DNA of 64,000 nucleotides from Candidatus Enterousia sp. (GCA_045613445.1 JAZLAZ010000026.1:2674-66673); one strand, 5' to 3'. Positions 1 through 10,622 are shown, numbered from the stretch's first letter. Notes: generated by a model from the letters alone, not told the origin. Numbers and translations are program-made.

Positions 1-70
1 ATCACTGTGAATTATATCAGATTCGGAATATACAAAAAAGGGGGGCAGGTTAAATAAAGCACTTGATTTT

Positions 71-1360
71 TTATTTTTTTATTTTTTCATACCATTTTTT
101 TGTGTTCTCCCACAAAATTTTCAGGTTATTTTCTATTTTGTCATAGTATTCAGTTGATATCTGAACATTGAATAAAGTCTTGACCAGTGCTGGAATCATT
201 GTCATAAACATTGCCATAAACAGCCCCATCAAGATAATTGTTACAAAAGTGTGGTTTTGCATCATCAATGCGTCTATCAAGAATTTCGAATCGTTTTGTG
301 TCAATGCTGTTTTTAGTGCATCTGCCCCTGACCAGTCACCAAACACGGCGTGCAAGAACATGATTGCAAAGGATACAAATACACCAGTCATTGCGATACC
401 TAATGTTGCAGATATAACATTATCTATGATTGATTTAAGGGATTTGCCAACCCCAGCCAGTGATATTTTCCACCCTTTGAATAGCCATGCTAGTAACATC
501 AGCGGCAGCATTACTAAATCCATGGACAATTTTATGAATACTTCCAAAAAATACAGTGGAATCGGTATCAAGGCCATGAAAAACAGTGCGATAATCATTG
601 CCCCAGCAAAGAATATAATTATGTTTGGAAATATTGGAATGTCCCACATAATTTTATGCATATAATCTGAATCGAATGACATATTTAACATTGTCCACCC
701 AACCGTCATCCCCAGACCTGTCATTTGATGTACACCGGCCAGTTCACATGCCAAATTATGTCGCAGTTTTGGTGAAAAAGCACCGATGTTTGCTGCGCGT
801 TCGTCAATTGATACAGGATCTGCAATCGCAGTTGCAACAACACATTCATCGAAATTGTCATCGTGGACAGCCATACGGTTTAATGTCAGTCCAGCATTAA
901 ATATCGGTTCAATTGCAATGTTTGTAATCAGTCGTGGCAGCGGAGCAATCAATATCGCACATACAAAACCCAATTTGAATAAATGATTTCCAAATGTGGT
1001 TGCAATATCCCATGGTTTATCAAATTTAGAATTTACAAAGTTATCCATAACTGTCCATGTAAACCATATTGCTGTCAATATTATGGCAACTGGTACAATC
1101 GTGTAACCAATTGCACTGTATACGCGTGGTAACAGTCCAGACATTGTCGACATAATATCGGAAAACATTTGGCATGACCAACAACTGGAAAAAAACTTTA
1201 ATGCATCGTTCATATTTACAGGTGTCATTGAACGGTATATTGAAAAACCAACGATTGCGGTTGTACCCGCAATTCCACCGATAACCAGCGGCGAAATCGC
1301 CCCTGCCCCAAAAGGCAAGAACGATAAAAATGCAATCCAAAATTTTTTTAACCGATTCAT
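71..1360 (-). CDS. VirB6/TrbL-like polytopic membrane protein, paralog 1
   Basis: Multiple TM segments; CWSC motif; VirB6-like segment FIKLSMDLVMLPLMLLAWLF; aligns by eye with the four neighbours. Start placed at ATG 1360 (MNRLKK), 8 nt after TGA-TATACT; the ORF track starts at 1390. Confidence 0.6.
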   Translation of the reverse strand: MNRLKKFWIAFLSFLPFGAGAISPLVIGGIAGTTAIVGFSIYRSMTPVNMNDALKFFSSCWSCQMFSDIMSTMSGLLPRVYSAIGYTIVPVAIILTAIWFTWTVMDNFVNSKFDKPWDIATTFGNHLFKLGFVCAILIAPLPRLITNIAIEPIFNAGLTLNRMAVHDDNFDECVVATAIADPVSIDERAANIGAFSPKLRHNLACELAGVHQMTGLGMTVGWTMLNMSFDSDYMHKIMWDIPIFPNIIIFFAGAMIIALFFMALIPIPLYFLEVFIKLSMDLVMLPLMLLAWLFKGWKISLAGVGKSLKSIIDNVISATLGIAMTGVFVSFAIMFLHAVFGDWSGADALKTALTQNDSKFLIDALMMQNHTFVTIILMGLFMAMFMTMIPALVKTLFNVQISTEYYDKIENNLKILWENTKKWYEKIKK

Positions 1361-1426
1361 CACTTTTAAGTATATCATATTTTGTCCCAAATGTGATATA
1401 ATTGAAATAATAATGATACCGAGAGA

Positions 1427-2704
1427 ATGAAATATATAAAAAAACTGTCTTTGTTACTGACTGTTTTTACGGCGTTTTTTATGCCGTCTGTGGCATGTGC
1501 AGGCAATATTGTTGATGCGCTTGATTTGTCGCCATTTGTACCATTGGTACTGGATTCGATGATGATGGTTGCAACGGGTATTTATGAATTCTTTGTTGGT
1601 GATGGTAAACACACAGGAATAATTTATGTTTTGATATGGACTTTCTTGGGGTTATCAATCGTTTTATCTTTGGTAAAGATGTATTTGCCACAAAAATGGG
1701 TATCTTTTTTTGGTTTTTCTGGCGGTGGTGAATTGGCGGACGGCAAAATGACTGCAACCAAGATAGTTGAAAATGCATTAAAACCAGGGTTTCGTGTGGT
1801 TATTGCAACACTTGCATTATTACAGTTAAAGCCTGTTGTTATGACCCAGTGGCTGGTAAATCCGTTTTTGGAATTTGGTTCTATATATACATCGCATATA
1901 TTGTCTGAAATAAATGAAACAAATATCACTGCTAACAAGGTTGCATGCCCAGAAGATATTTTGACCAAGGGTTGGTTGACCAAAGATTCATGTGAATTTT
2001 TGACACAGCCAGTTGCAGATTTATCACATGCAAACAATCAGATTATAAAACGTGGTTTTGAATTTGTTACAAATGGCTTGCGCGGGTTGTTTACGATGGT
2101 GCCACATGGTGGCGAAGATTTTTTGAATTTATTGACAGGTTTAATACTGATTGCCACATTTGTGGGCAGTAATATTTTTATGGCGTTGCTGGTTATCCAA
2201 GGAATATTTAATTTTGGTGCGCAACTGATACTGTATCCATTTTATGTTTTGACATATGTTTTCAAAAGCAGTGACAAATGGTTCGATGTTTGGCCGGCGT
2301 TTTCTGGTGTGACCAAGGCATTACAACAATTGATTATAACAATGATTGCGTGCGCGTTTATTCTGTGTATAAATGTTGCGATTATACATGCGTTATTCAA
2401 GTGGAATTCATCTGTTTTTGTGGTTGCAGCAGGTGGCAGTGCCGTTACGAATCTGCCACAACAGGTCGCGTCGTCATCACTTGGATTTGGTCAGCATTCT
2501 GTACTGTGGTTATCTGCGATAATGACATTTTATCTGATGTTCAAGATATTTGAATTGACGAAAAAACAGTTGGATATGTATGTTGGCAAGGGTATGGACA
2601 CATTGTACAACAATGTTACCAACGATACCAAGACATTGTGGACAAGTACGAAAAAATTAACAAAACAAATCGGTGAAGCAGCAGGTTGGATTAAAAAGAA
2701 ATGA
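1427..2704 (+). CDS. VirB6/TrbL-like polytopic membrane protein, paralog 2
   Basis: Signal-like N-terminus, many TMs, IFNFGAQLILYPFYVLTYVF..W segment, basic amphipathic C-terminus LWTSTKK; ATGA overlap with the next gene. Confidence 0.6.
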   Translation: MKYIKKLSLLLTVFTAFFMPSVACAGNIVDALDLSPFVPLVLDSMMMVATGIYEFFVGDGKHTGIIYVLIWTFLGLSIVLSLVKMYLPQKWVSFFGFSGGGELADGKMTATKIVENALKPGFRVVIATLALLQLKPVVMTQWLVNPFLEFGSIYTSHILSEINETNITANKVACPEDILTKGWLTKDSCEFLTQPVADLSHANNQIIKRGFEFVTNGLRGLFTMVPHGGEDFLNLLTGLILIATFVGSNIFMALLVIQGIFNFGAQLILYPFYVLTYVFKSSDKWFDVWPAFSGVTKALQQLIITMIACAFILCINVAIIHALFKWNSSVFVVAAGGSAVTNLPQQVASSSLGFGQHSVLWLSAIMTFYLMFKIFELTKKQLDMYVGKGMDTLYNNVTNDTKTLWTSTKKLTKQIGEAAGWIKKK

Positions 2705-3903
2705 ATGAAATGATGGTTTCTTTGACGGATAAAGTTATACAGTGTTGGGGCTGTGCTGTTTTTGATCGTCTGTTTCAGATTGTTTCTGTGGCAGCTGCAT
2801 CGGTTTATAATAATTTTACAGGTTTGTGTTTTGTATTGTTTGGATTTTTGTTTACTATATTTATAATAAATGCGATATGGAAAAACATGCGCAGTGGAAT
2901 GTCTGATCCATGGATGAAGGGTTCTGTTCAGAAAGTCATAATAAATTCTATTGTTGCCTTAGGATTGTTGGGAATGGGGGTAACCCTTCCACGTGCGGTC
3001 AGTACAATTATTTTTGAACCTGTTGCTCAGATTACATTATTGTATTCTCAGTCGATGATAAATACCACAGATGAAATTGTTTCTGAAAAGGTTACTTATG
3101 AACCAAAAGAAATTACACAACAAGGAATATACAGACCGGAATTGCGCGATAAAATTATTATGTTGATGAAGACAACTGTAACACAATTCCAGTCATATGT
3201 AAAACTTGGCCTTGCGGTAATGGATAACGCGTTTTCGTGGTCTGCATTATTGGGTGTTGGTGCGTTGATAAAGCATATAATTTTATTTCTTATCGGGCTT
3301 TATTTATCGTGGGGATTTATCAAGATATTTTTCAAATATTGTTGTTATTTTGCAGATGCGATAATTGCGATGGCGTTGTTTGCATTTTTCTTTCCATTAT
3401 CATTGATAATGATGATTTTCAAAGATGCAAAAGAAGTTCCTAAATGGTTCGGTGATATTGGTAAAACAGTTGGTGTTGCCCAGATAAAGAATTTAATCAA
3501 TGCAATTGTTACATTGGGATCTGTGGTTTTGACATATACGGTCATAATGGTAATTGTTGCCAAGTTCTTTTCTGCGCCTGGGGTGTCTGTAAATGGTTTG
3601 ATGGACGCAATAACATCAGGTCAGATATATGCAGACGATTTGAATACTGAAAACTTACAGGCCATGACATTGATTAGTTGTATTGCATTGGTGTATGTAT
3701 TGAATTTTATTTTTTCGCAAATACCGCAAATTACAAAAATGATATTGTCAGCATTTTCTGTCGAAGAAAATACTAAACATGCAGATCAGTTTGCAAATGA
3801 TATGATGACATTGACCAAGGATGCATTTGATATTGCAGTCAAGGCAGGCAAGACAATTATCAGTGGTGGTGAATCCAAGGACGAAAAAAAAGGCAGTAAA
3901 TAG
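2701..3903 (+). CDS. VirB6/TrbL-like polytopic membrane protein, paralog 3
   Basis: N-terminal CWGC motif, FEPV conserved Pro, IIAMALFAFFFPLSLIMMIF..W segment. Confidence 0.6.
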   Translation: MNEMMVSLTDKVIQCWGCAVFDRLFQIVSVAAASVYNNFTGLCFVLFGFLFTIFIINAIWKNMRSGMSDPWMKGSVQKVIINSIVALGLLGMGVTLPRAVSTIIFEPVAQITLLYSQSMINTTDEIVSEKVTYEPKEITQQGIYRPELRDKIIMLMKTTVTQFQSYVKLGLAVMDNAFSWSALLGVGALIKHIILFLIGLYLSWGFIKIFFKYCCYFADAIIAMALFAFFFPLSLIMMIFKDAKEVPKWFGDIGKTVGVAQIKNLINAIVTLGSVVLTYTVIMVIVAKFFSAPGVSVNGLMDAITSGQIYADDLNTENLQAMTLISCIALVYVLNFIFSQIPQITKMILSAFSVEENTKHADQFANDMMTLTKDAFDIAVKAGKTIISGGESKDEKKGSK

Positions 3904-5345
3904 TGTTAAAGGCAAAATTGATATTATTGGCTGTAAAAATCCTGATGTGGGCAATCATATTGGGTGTTGGAATATGGTATTTGTCGTCATCTTTGTCTGG
4001 TACATCTTTGACATATACCAGTGTTGATAACTTTTTAACGGCTGCAGGTGTACAAAATGGTGATATTACAACGGCAAATGGCTGTTTTATGTGTCGATAT
4101 GTTGCTGATTTATTTGGTGTTCTGGGCAATGCCACTGATAAATTTTGGACAGCAATGTTGGATGCGTTATGGATACTGATGGTTGTTGGTTTTGGTGTGT
4201 TTTTATTTGTGCATGCGATTAAACATATTTATGATGCTGCCAAAGAAACATCCAAAGGTGATACTTCTGAGAAAAAAATTGGCTTTAAACCTTGGATTGA
4301 TAAGGTTTGGAAACAGGCGTTGCGTATATTGATTGCAGGTGTCTTGATTGGTGCAGTCGGCATGGGTGGTACAGGAATGTTAAAGACCGTGTCAAATATT
4401 ACGATACGACCTGTTATGTATATTGGTGCAGAATTATCAATGGCTGCAACTGGTATCAGTGATGCGGCGCAATGTAATGCGCTGGAACGCGTATCGATGA
4501 ATTCAACAGATATATTAAATCCGGTATTACAACCGTTTATGTGTGTTGTGGGTAATATAAACAGTGTTATGTTGGCTGGTGCAGCTGGTGGTTTTGCGAT
4601 GATGAATTATGCGTGGCTTGGTTTAGGTGGTGGGATGTTTACCTGGATTGCTGGTTTGGTATTAGTGTTGATGTTTTTAGTAATTGGATTTGATTTATTC
4701 TTTCAAATTTTGTCAGTTGTATTCAAATTGATATTTTTAATAATATTTATGCCATTGTTATTGGCGTCGTATGCATTTGAAGAAACATGGTCGGCGGCCA
4801 AAGGTTTGGTTGGAAAATCTGTTGATATGTTGGTATCCAGTGCTGTTCAAATTGTCGCGATTACATTAAAGGTCTTGATTATATATGCCACAGTATCTTA
4901 CACCGCAGACACATTGTTCCCAGGCAAACAAGATGGTTACAGTGCATTTTTTCCACCGATGATGGGTATGTCGCCAGAAAATCCAGATGCGAAAACATTA
5001 TCAGTTATGAATGTTTTTTCAACATGTGAACAAGTTGCCTTGGTTGATGGTGAAATGGATAAAGATAAATTCAAAGATTGTTTTACCGCGCGCAAGGCCG
5101 AAGTAGAACGCAAATACCCAGGTGCATTTGATTTCTTGAAAGATGGTTGGGATTTCTTGTTGATGATGGTATGTTTGTTCTTGTTGTATTACTATGCAAT
5201 CAGTCCAAAAATTGATAAACTGTTGGTCAAAGAATCAAAAGAATTCTTTGATTTTGGTACATGGATAAAAGATTTGGGAAAACAAGTTTGGAAATTCCCG
5301 ATTGATATGACAAAAAAAATAACAGATGCCATGGGTAAAGAATGA
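3903..5345 (+). CDS. VirB6/TrbL-like polytopic membrane protein, paralog 4
   Basis: GTG start overlapping the upstream TAG; CFMC motif; VFKLIFLIIFMPLLLASYAFEETW segment. Confidence 0.6.
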   Translation: MLKAKLILLAVKILMWAIILGVGIWYLSSSLSGTSLTYTSVDNFLTAAGVQNGDITTANGCFMCRYVADLFGVLGNATDKFWTAMLDALWILMVVGFGVFLFVHAIKHIYDAAKETSKGDTSEKKIGFKPWIDKVWKQALRILIAGVLIGAVGMGGTGMLKTVSNITIRPVMYIGAELSMAATGISDAAQCNALERVSMNSTDILNPVLQPFMCVVGNINSVMLAGAAGGFAMMNYAWLGLGGGMFTWIAGLVLVLMFLVIGFDLFFQILSVVFKLIFLIIFMPLLLASYAFEETWSAAKGLVGKSVDMLVSSAVQIVAITLKVLIIYATVSYTADTLFPGKQDGYSAFFPPMMGMSPENPDAKTLSVMNVFSTCEQVALVDGEMDKDKFKDCFTARKAEVERKYPGAFDFLKDGWDFLLMMVCLFLLYYYAISPKIDKLLVKESKEFFDFGTWIKDLGKQVWKFPIDMTKKITDAMGKE

Positions 5346-6655
5346 TAAAATTGATGCAAAAATTTTTATCGAAACTAATGATTGCTGTTTTGGCGATTGG
5401 TATTTGTGCGCCTGCATTTGGTGCGTCTTCTAATTTACAGATTTCGTCTGGTACAGGAATGGCAGATATTGGTGATTTTGGTACATGGGCAACGGAAAAT
5501 AATCGTAAATTATTTTTAGACAGTATAACATACGACATAGATCAGTTTCGTGGTGAATCCCAGAATCAATTGGTTTCGGATTATGTTCCTGTTGAAGCCA
5601 AGGTTGGCATGGCGTTCATGAATGCGTTTTCTTATATCGCAAACATTTTAGATTCTTCACTGGTGCGCTTTACAATAATTTTCATAATAATTATGTATGG
5701 AATTTGGATAGCTTTGGAATCATATACAGTAATTATTGGTCAAAACAAAGCCAAAGAAAAGGTTCTGGAAATTGGAAAAAATGGTGTCAAAGTTGCGATG
5801 TGGGTCGGGGTTTTGGCAGTTGGCCCAGCAGAAATATTTATGTTGTTGATTTCGCCGATTATGTACCTTGGAACTGTTTTTTCTGATGTTATATTGGATG
5901 CAACTGCATCTGTCGCAGGTATTGATTTGCCGGATACATGTTCTGCGATTCATGAATATGCGCGTGTGCATATTGAACCCCAAAACATAATTGATCCTGC
6001 CAGTGCTGCCAATATAATGTGCGTTCCAACCAGATTGTCCGGATTTTGTTTTTCAGCGGTTAAAATGGGTTGGAATTGGATAAATTATGGTTTTGGACAC
6101 AGTGGATTTGCTGTGTTGTGTGGAATTGCATTTATTGGCGGATTTATTTATCTGGCATGGAAATTTGCATTTATGGCATTTGGTGTTATCGCGGAATTAT
6201 TCTTAGGTATAATCATGTTGCCATTTACAGCGTTGACTGAAACAATAGGAAAAACAACATACAAGGGCATTACGGGAAATATTTATACAGGATTTACAAA
6301 ATTATTCAGTGCGGAATCATTTAGTTCACAAATAGGTCGCTTTGTAAATGCAGCCTTGCACTTTATTGTATTGTCGATTGTTATTGCAATATGTGCGGCA
6401 TTGCTGTCCAGCATAATTACAACAGATAATGCAGCCATGGTTCCAAAATTAGATGATCAGGGTTTTTGGGTTACGGCATTTGTGTCGGCGTTGACATGGT
6501 GGTTGGCCAGCAATGCGTCAAAATTTGCAAATGATATCGGTGGCAAGATTTCAACTGGAATTGGTGATAATCTGAAACAAGACGCGTCTAACCTGTGGCG
6601 TAGCACAAAAAGTAACGCCAAAACGATTGTTAAAATCATTAAAAAATCAAAATAG
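5342..6655 (+). CDS. VirB6/TrbL-like polytopic membrane protein, paralog 5
   Basis: Signal-like N-terminus, ISPIMYLG, Cys pair (DTC..IMC), IAELFLGIIMLPFTAL segment, LWRSTK basic tail; ATGA overlap. Confidence 0.6.
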   Translation: MIKLMQKFLSKLMIAVLAIGICAPAFGASSNLQISSGTGMADIGDFGTWATENNRKLFLDSITYDIDQFRGESQNQLVSDYVPVEAKVGMAFMNAFSYIANILDSSLVRFTIIFIIIMYGIWIALESYTVIIGQNKAKEKVLEIGKNGVKVAMWVGVLAVGPAEIFMLLISPIMYLGTVFSDVILDATASVAGIDLPDTCSAIHEYARVHIEPQNIIDPASAANIMCVPTRLSGFCFSAVKMGWNWINYGFGHSGFAVLCGIAFIGGFIYLAWKFAFMAFGVIAELFLGIIMLPFTALTETIGKTTYKGITGNIYTGFTKLFSAESFSSQIGRFVNAALHFIVLSIVIAICAALLSSIITTDNAAMVPKLDDQGFWVTAFVSALTWWLASNASKFANDIGGKISTGIGDNLKQDASNLWRSTKSNAKTIVKIIKKSK

Positions 6656-6673
6656 TCTATTTGTATCTATGCC

Positions 6674-6702
6674 TTGAAAACTGGAAAGTTATATTTTATA
6701 CT
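6674..6702 (+). promoter_or_regulatory. sigma70-type promoter of the lptF operon
   Basis: TTGAAA (6674-6679), 17-nt spacer, TATACT (6697-6702); ATG at 6712. Confidence 0.55.
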
Positions 6703-6711
6703 TCGTATAAC

Positions 6712-7770
6712 ATGAAGATTCTAAACAGATATTTTTTGCGTCAATTGGTCGCTATTTTTATTATGCTGTTACTGGTTTTAACGGGGCTGGCATGGATGAT
6801 GCAAATCATGTCTATGATGAAGTTTTTATTAAAATACGGCGTTGAATTGGACAGTTTTTTGGGTCTTACTTCATTGATGATACCGTTTATTGCATCAATT
6901 GTTATACCGTTTGTATGCTTTATCGCTGTTATTTTTGTATATAACAAACTGATTTCTGATAACGAAGTAACTGTTATGGCTGCGTCTGGGCTGTCGCCAT
7001 TACAGATTGCAAAGCCTGCATTAAAATTGGGTATGATTTTGACTGTTTTGAATTTGATGTTAAACATATGGATTGTTCCACAAACTCAGGCATTGTTTTA
7101 TGATATGCAGTGGAATATGAAATATGGTATGGCACACATGAAGTTACAAGAAGGTGCATTTACAGAAATATCAGATGGGCTGGTTGTGTATGTTGAACAG
7201 GTATCAGATCATGATTTGAATCAGATAATGTTGTCTGATATGCGTCACAATAATTCTTCAAATACAATATTTGCAGAAACTGGCAAATTGGTAACGACTG
7301 TTCGTGGTTTATCATTGGTGATGAAAAATGGTGCGTTGCAGTTCAGTGGTAATCAAACTGTTTCGGGTACATTTGATACATTTGATATGGATTTGAATGT
7401 TGTTGAAAAAGGTGCAGGTAATTCTTTTCGTGTTCGTCGTATACCGACAATGGATTTGTTGCGTGTTGCGTTTGATGCAAAAACACAGCGTCAACATAAA
7501 ATGGTGTTAAACGAACTGTGTAACAGATTTTTAACACCATTGATGAATTTGGTATTGGCGGCATTGTGTGCGACGATATTATTGCGTGCATCATTATTAC
7601 GTCGTCGTGCCAGTCTTGCACCTGCGGTTGCTGTTGGTGCGATGGCTGGTGTAATGGGATTATATATGACATTGACAAATGTTATTGGCAGTTTGACTGG
7701 GTTTGGTATTTTGGCAATTGGAATTTGTTTGTTTTTTGGGTGTATATTGATGATGTTGGCAAAGAAATGA
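6712..7770 (+). CDS. lptF: LPS export ABC transporter permease LptF/LptG family
   Basis: MKILNRYFLRQL start, YNKLISDNEVTVMAASGLSP motif, 3+3 TM layout, directly upstream of lptD. Confidence 0.85.
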   Translation: MKILNRYFLRQLVAIFIMLLLVLTGLAWMMQIMSMMKFLLKYGVELDSFLGLTSLMIPFIASIVIPFVCFIAVIFVYNKLISDNEVTVMAASGLSPLQIAKPALKLGMILTVLNLMLNIWIVPQTQALFYDMQWNMKYGMAHMKLQEGAFTEISDGLVVYVEQVSDHDLNQIMLSDMRHNNSSNTIFAETGKLVTTVRGLSLVMKNGALQFSGNQTVSGTFDTFDMDLNVVEKGAGNSFRVRRIPTMDLLRVAFDAKTQRQHKMVLNELCNRFLTPLMNLVLAALCATILLRASLLRRRASLAPAVAVGAMAGVMGLYMTLTNVIGSLTGFGILAIGICLFFGCILMMLAKK

Positions 7771-9782
7771 AGAAGATATATTCGATTTTATTTTTTATGT
7801 ATGTATTTTTTGCGTCTGCGCATGCATTGTCTGTTGATGTAGATGAACCGCGTTTAATTGTTGCGGATAAAATTGAATACAATGCCAAATCCGAAGAAAT
7901 TAAAACAGTTGGCAATACAGAAATCACCAACAAATCTGGTCAGCGTATGACACTGACGGATTCATATATTTCTGGTCAGGGGTCTGCTGTATCTGGTAAT
8001 GATATACAAATTTGGTTGGGTCAGCATGTGTTTGTTGAATCAGACAGCATTCAACGCGATGGTAATTTAACTATTGCGCATGATGCTACATTTACTGCGT
8101 GTGCAAATTGTGATTCTTATGGTGATGCATGGGATGTGTGGGCGCGTAAAATTGTTCACAATATGGATGAACGCATGTTATCTTTTTACAGTCCTGTATT
8201 TTATGCGTATCAGATACCTGTGTTTTGGTTGCCGTATATTGAAATGCCTGACCCAGGGATTGAATACAAAACAGGTTTATTGATGCCTGATATGGGATCT
8301 ACGAACAAGATGGGAACACAAATAAATATCCCATTGTATATATCGTTATCTGAAACGCATGATATGACTTTTACATTTGGATATTTAACCAAAGAAAATC
8401 CGCTGTTACAGTTGGAACATCGTTTGAATGCAACTCATTCTGAATTCAGAACAACAGGATCTTTTACGCATAACAAATCTGGTGAAAATCGTTGGCATAT
8501 TTTCAATGATGATATTATTGAATTGGGAAATAATGCGCGTGCAACGATATTCTTGGAACGCACATCCGATAAAACATATCTGCAAAAGTACGGATTTTAT
8601 GATGCACAGCCGTATTTAGATTCTGGTGCGAAACTAGAAGTTTTTGGACAAAGCAGTTATGCTGTTGCAGATATGCACATATTCCAAGAATTGCGTGAAG
8701 CATATGGAAATCAAAATATTCCAGATGGTAATATATTACCAAATATTCGTGCGGTTCATCAAACTTCGCCTTTTTACAAAGAAACATATATGACATTTGG
8801 TGCTGATGTTTTGGGGATTTCTGGTGATGGCACATCTTCACAACGTGTAATTGGTGATGCCAGATTGGTCAGTCCATGGACATTATGGGGCGGTAACAGA
8901 CTGACAGCCAGTTTATCAACTAGATATGATTTATATAATTTCAGTAATACAGAAATGGTAAACGTTGAATTGTATTCTGGGATAAAATCACGCTTTTTGC
9001 CAAGTGGGTATTTGGAATGGGGACTGCCGTTATTCAAGCCTGCGAATAATTGGACACAAATAATTGAACCGCGTGCCCGCATCACATTTATGCGCAGTAT
9101 GGACGATGATGAATTTGCATTAAATAATGATTCTGCTGGTACAATTTTGACAGATTCTACATTATTTTCCGATAATCGTTTTTCTGGGTATGATTTATGG
9201 GAAAATGGAACATATGCAGATTATGGTGTTCGTTGGGCTGCATACAGTGAATCTGGACATAACATGGAAATATTCTTGGGGCAATCATATGATTTCACAG
9301 ACAAAGAATCCGTTGACCTGAACAGTGGTTTCAGTGACGGTTTGTCGGATTATGTTGGTCGTATCAGTTATCGAAATTCAAAATGGTTAAATTTAGCATC
9401 TCGTTTCAGATTGGGACAAGACGATTTTGCATTGCGTCATATGGAAACGATGGCGAATATTGGTCGCAATGGTACATTCTTGAATATAGGTCATATTTGG
9501 TCAGATGATATGGGGGATGTTTTTTTGCGTGCAGGCGATGTAAACGAAGCGGTTGTTGGTGCAGGTGTTCAGTTATCAAATCGTTGGGCTGTTCGTTGGA
9601 ACGCGATTTATAATATGGATATCGGCGAATTCCAAAGTCATACTGGTGGTGTATTTTACAATCATCCATGTTATTATATGTCTGTTCAATATCGTCGTGA
9701 TAACGCGATTAAACAAGACTATGTTGGAACAACAACTTTCCAGTTCAAGATAGGGATGGCAATTGACGGTGTACAATATTAG
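7767..9782 (+). CDS. lptD: LPS assembly outer-membrane protein LptD
   Basis: Signal peptide from ATG 7767; ADKIEY, FTAC, PVFWLPY, KTGLLMP, SDKTYLQKY, IIEPR, LFSDNRFSGYD motifs. Confidence 0.9.
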   Translation: MKKIYSILFFMYVFFASAHALSVDVDEPRLIVADKIEYNAKSEEIKTVGNTEITNKSGQRMTLTDSYISGQGSAVSGNDIQIWLGQHVFVESDSIQRDGNLTIAHDATFTACANCDSYGDAWDVWARKIVHNMDERMLSFYSPVFYAYQIPVFWLPYIEMPDPGIEYKTGLLMPDMGSTNKMGTQINIPLYISLSETHDMTFTFGYLTKENPLLQLEHRLNATHSEFRTTGSFTHNKSGENRWHIFNDDIIELGNNARATIFLERTSDKTYLQKYGFYDAQPYLDSGAKLEVFGQSSYAVADMHIFQELREAYGNQNIPDGNILPNIRAVHQTSPFYKETYMTFGADVLGISGDGTSSQRVIGDARLVSPWTLWGGNRLTASLSTRYDLYNFSNTEMVNVELYSGIKSRFLPSGYLEWGLPLFKPANNWTQIIEPRARITFMRSMDDDEFALNNDSAGTILTDSTLFSDNRFSGYDLWENGTYADYGVRWAAYSESGHNMEIFLGQSYDFTDKESVDLNSGFSDGLSDYVGRISYRNSKWLNLASRFRLGQDDFALRHMETMANIGRNGTFLNIGHIWSDDMGDVFLRAGDVNEAVVGAGVQLSNRWAVRWNAIYNMDIGEFQSHTGGVFYNHPCYYMSVQYRRDNAIKQDYVGTTTFQFKIGMAIDGVQY

Positions 9783-9800
9783 TAAAAGGGAAAAGGAAAA

Positions 9801-10622
9801 ATGTTAAAACTATTAAATATACTATTTATGACTATGTTTATGATGCCTGTGTATGGTGCGTCTGTTGTTGCCAATGTAAATGGCACGCCTATAACTGATG
9901 CAGATATTACAGCACGTACAAAATTGATGGCATTACAGGGAAAAACGTCTACTGACAATCGTCGTGTTGCGTTACAGAATATCATTGATGATAGTGTAAA
10001 AATTGCATATGCATCAAACTTTAATGTTGTCCCAGATGACAAAACTGTTGATAAAGAATTCAAGAAAATGAATTTGGGTGATTTAAGTACTTTGGAAACT
10101 CAGATGGCGAAAAATGCATTGCGTGCAGAAATTGCATGGCAAATTGTTGTGGCGCGTACAATATTGCCAACAGTCGATATTTCAACCGAAGATATAAATA
10201 CAGAAAAAATAAACTTGGCACGCGAACATGGTTTGCCACTGGAAGTTACAATTATTCGTTTAACGGATATACCTGCGGATATTGCAAAGCGTTTATCAAA
10301 ACCAAAATCGTGTGACGATGCGATGGATATTGCGGAAAATCTTGGTGGCGTGCCTCAGCGTTTTACGGCATTGCAATATGAACTGTCTGCTGATATTCGT
10401 GAACGCACAGCTGGTTTGGCGCATTTAACATGGTCGCCATTGCAAGATAATAGTGTATTGCTGGTATGTGAAACCAAGAAAACCAAAGAATATAAAGATT
10501 TGGATAATATAATCAAACAAAATGCACAGTATAAACAGGCAATGTTTTTGGCTGATCAACAGTTAAAACAATTGCGTCGTCGTGCAGTTGTTGTAATCAA
10601 TGATGACAGATATAAATTATGA
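9801..10622 (+). CDS. surA: SurA-like periplasmic chaperone (shortened)
   Basis: VVANVNGTPITDADI N-terminal motif, LKQLRRRAVV C-terminal motif, position after lptD. Confidence 0.8.
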   Translation: MLKLLNILFMTMFMMPVYGASVVANVNGTPITDADITARTKLMALQGKTSTDNRRVALQNIIDDSVKIAYASNFNVVPDDKTVDKEFKKMNLGDLSTLETQMAKNALRAEIAWQIVVARTILPTVDISTEDINTEKINLAREHGLPLEVTIIRLTDIPADIAKRLSKPKSCDDAMDIAENLGGVPQRFTALQYELSADIRERTAGLAHLTWSPLQDNSVLLVCETKKTKEYKDLDNIIKQNAQYKQAMFLADQQLKQLRRRAVVVINDDRYKL

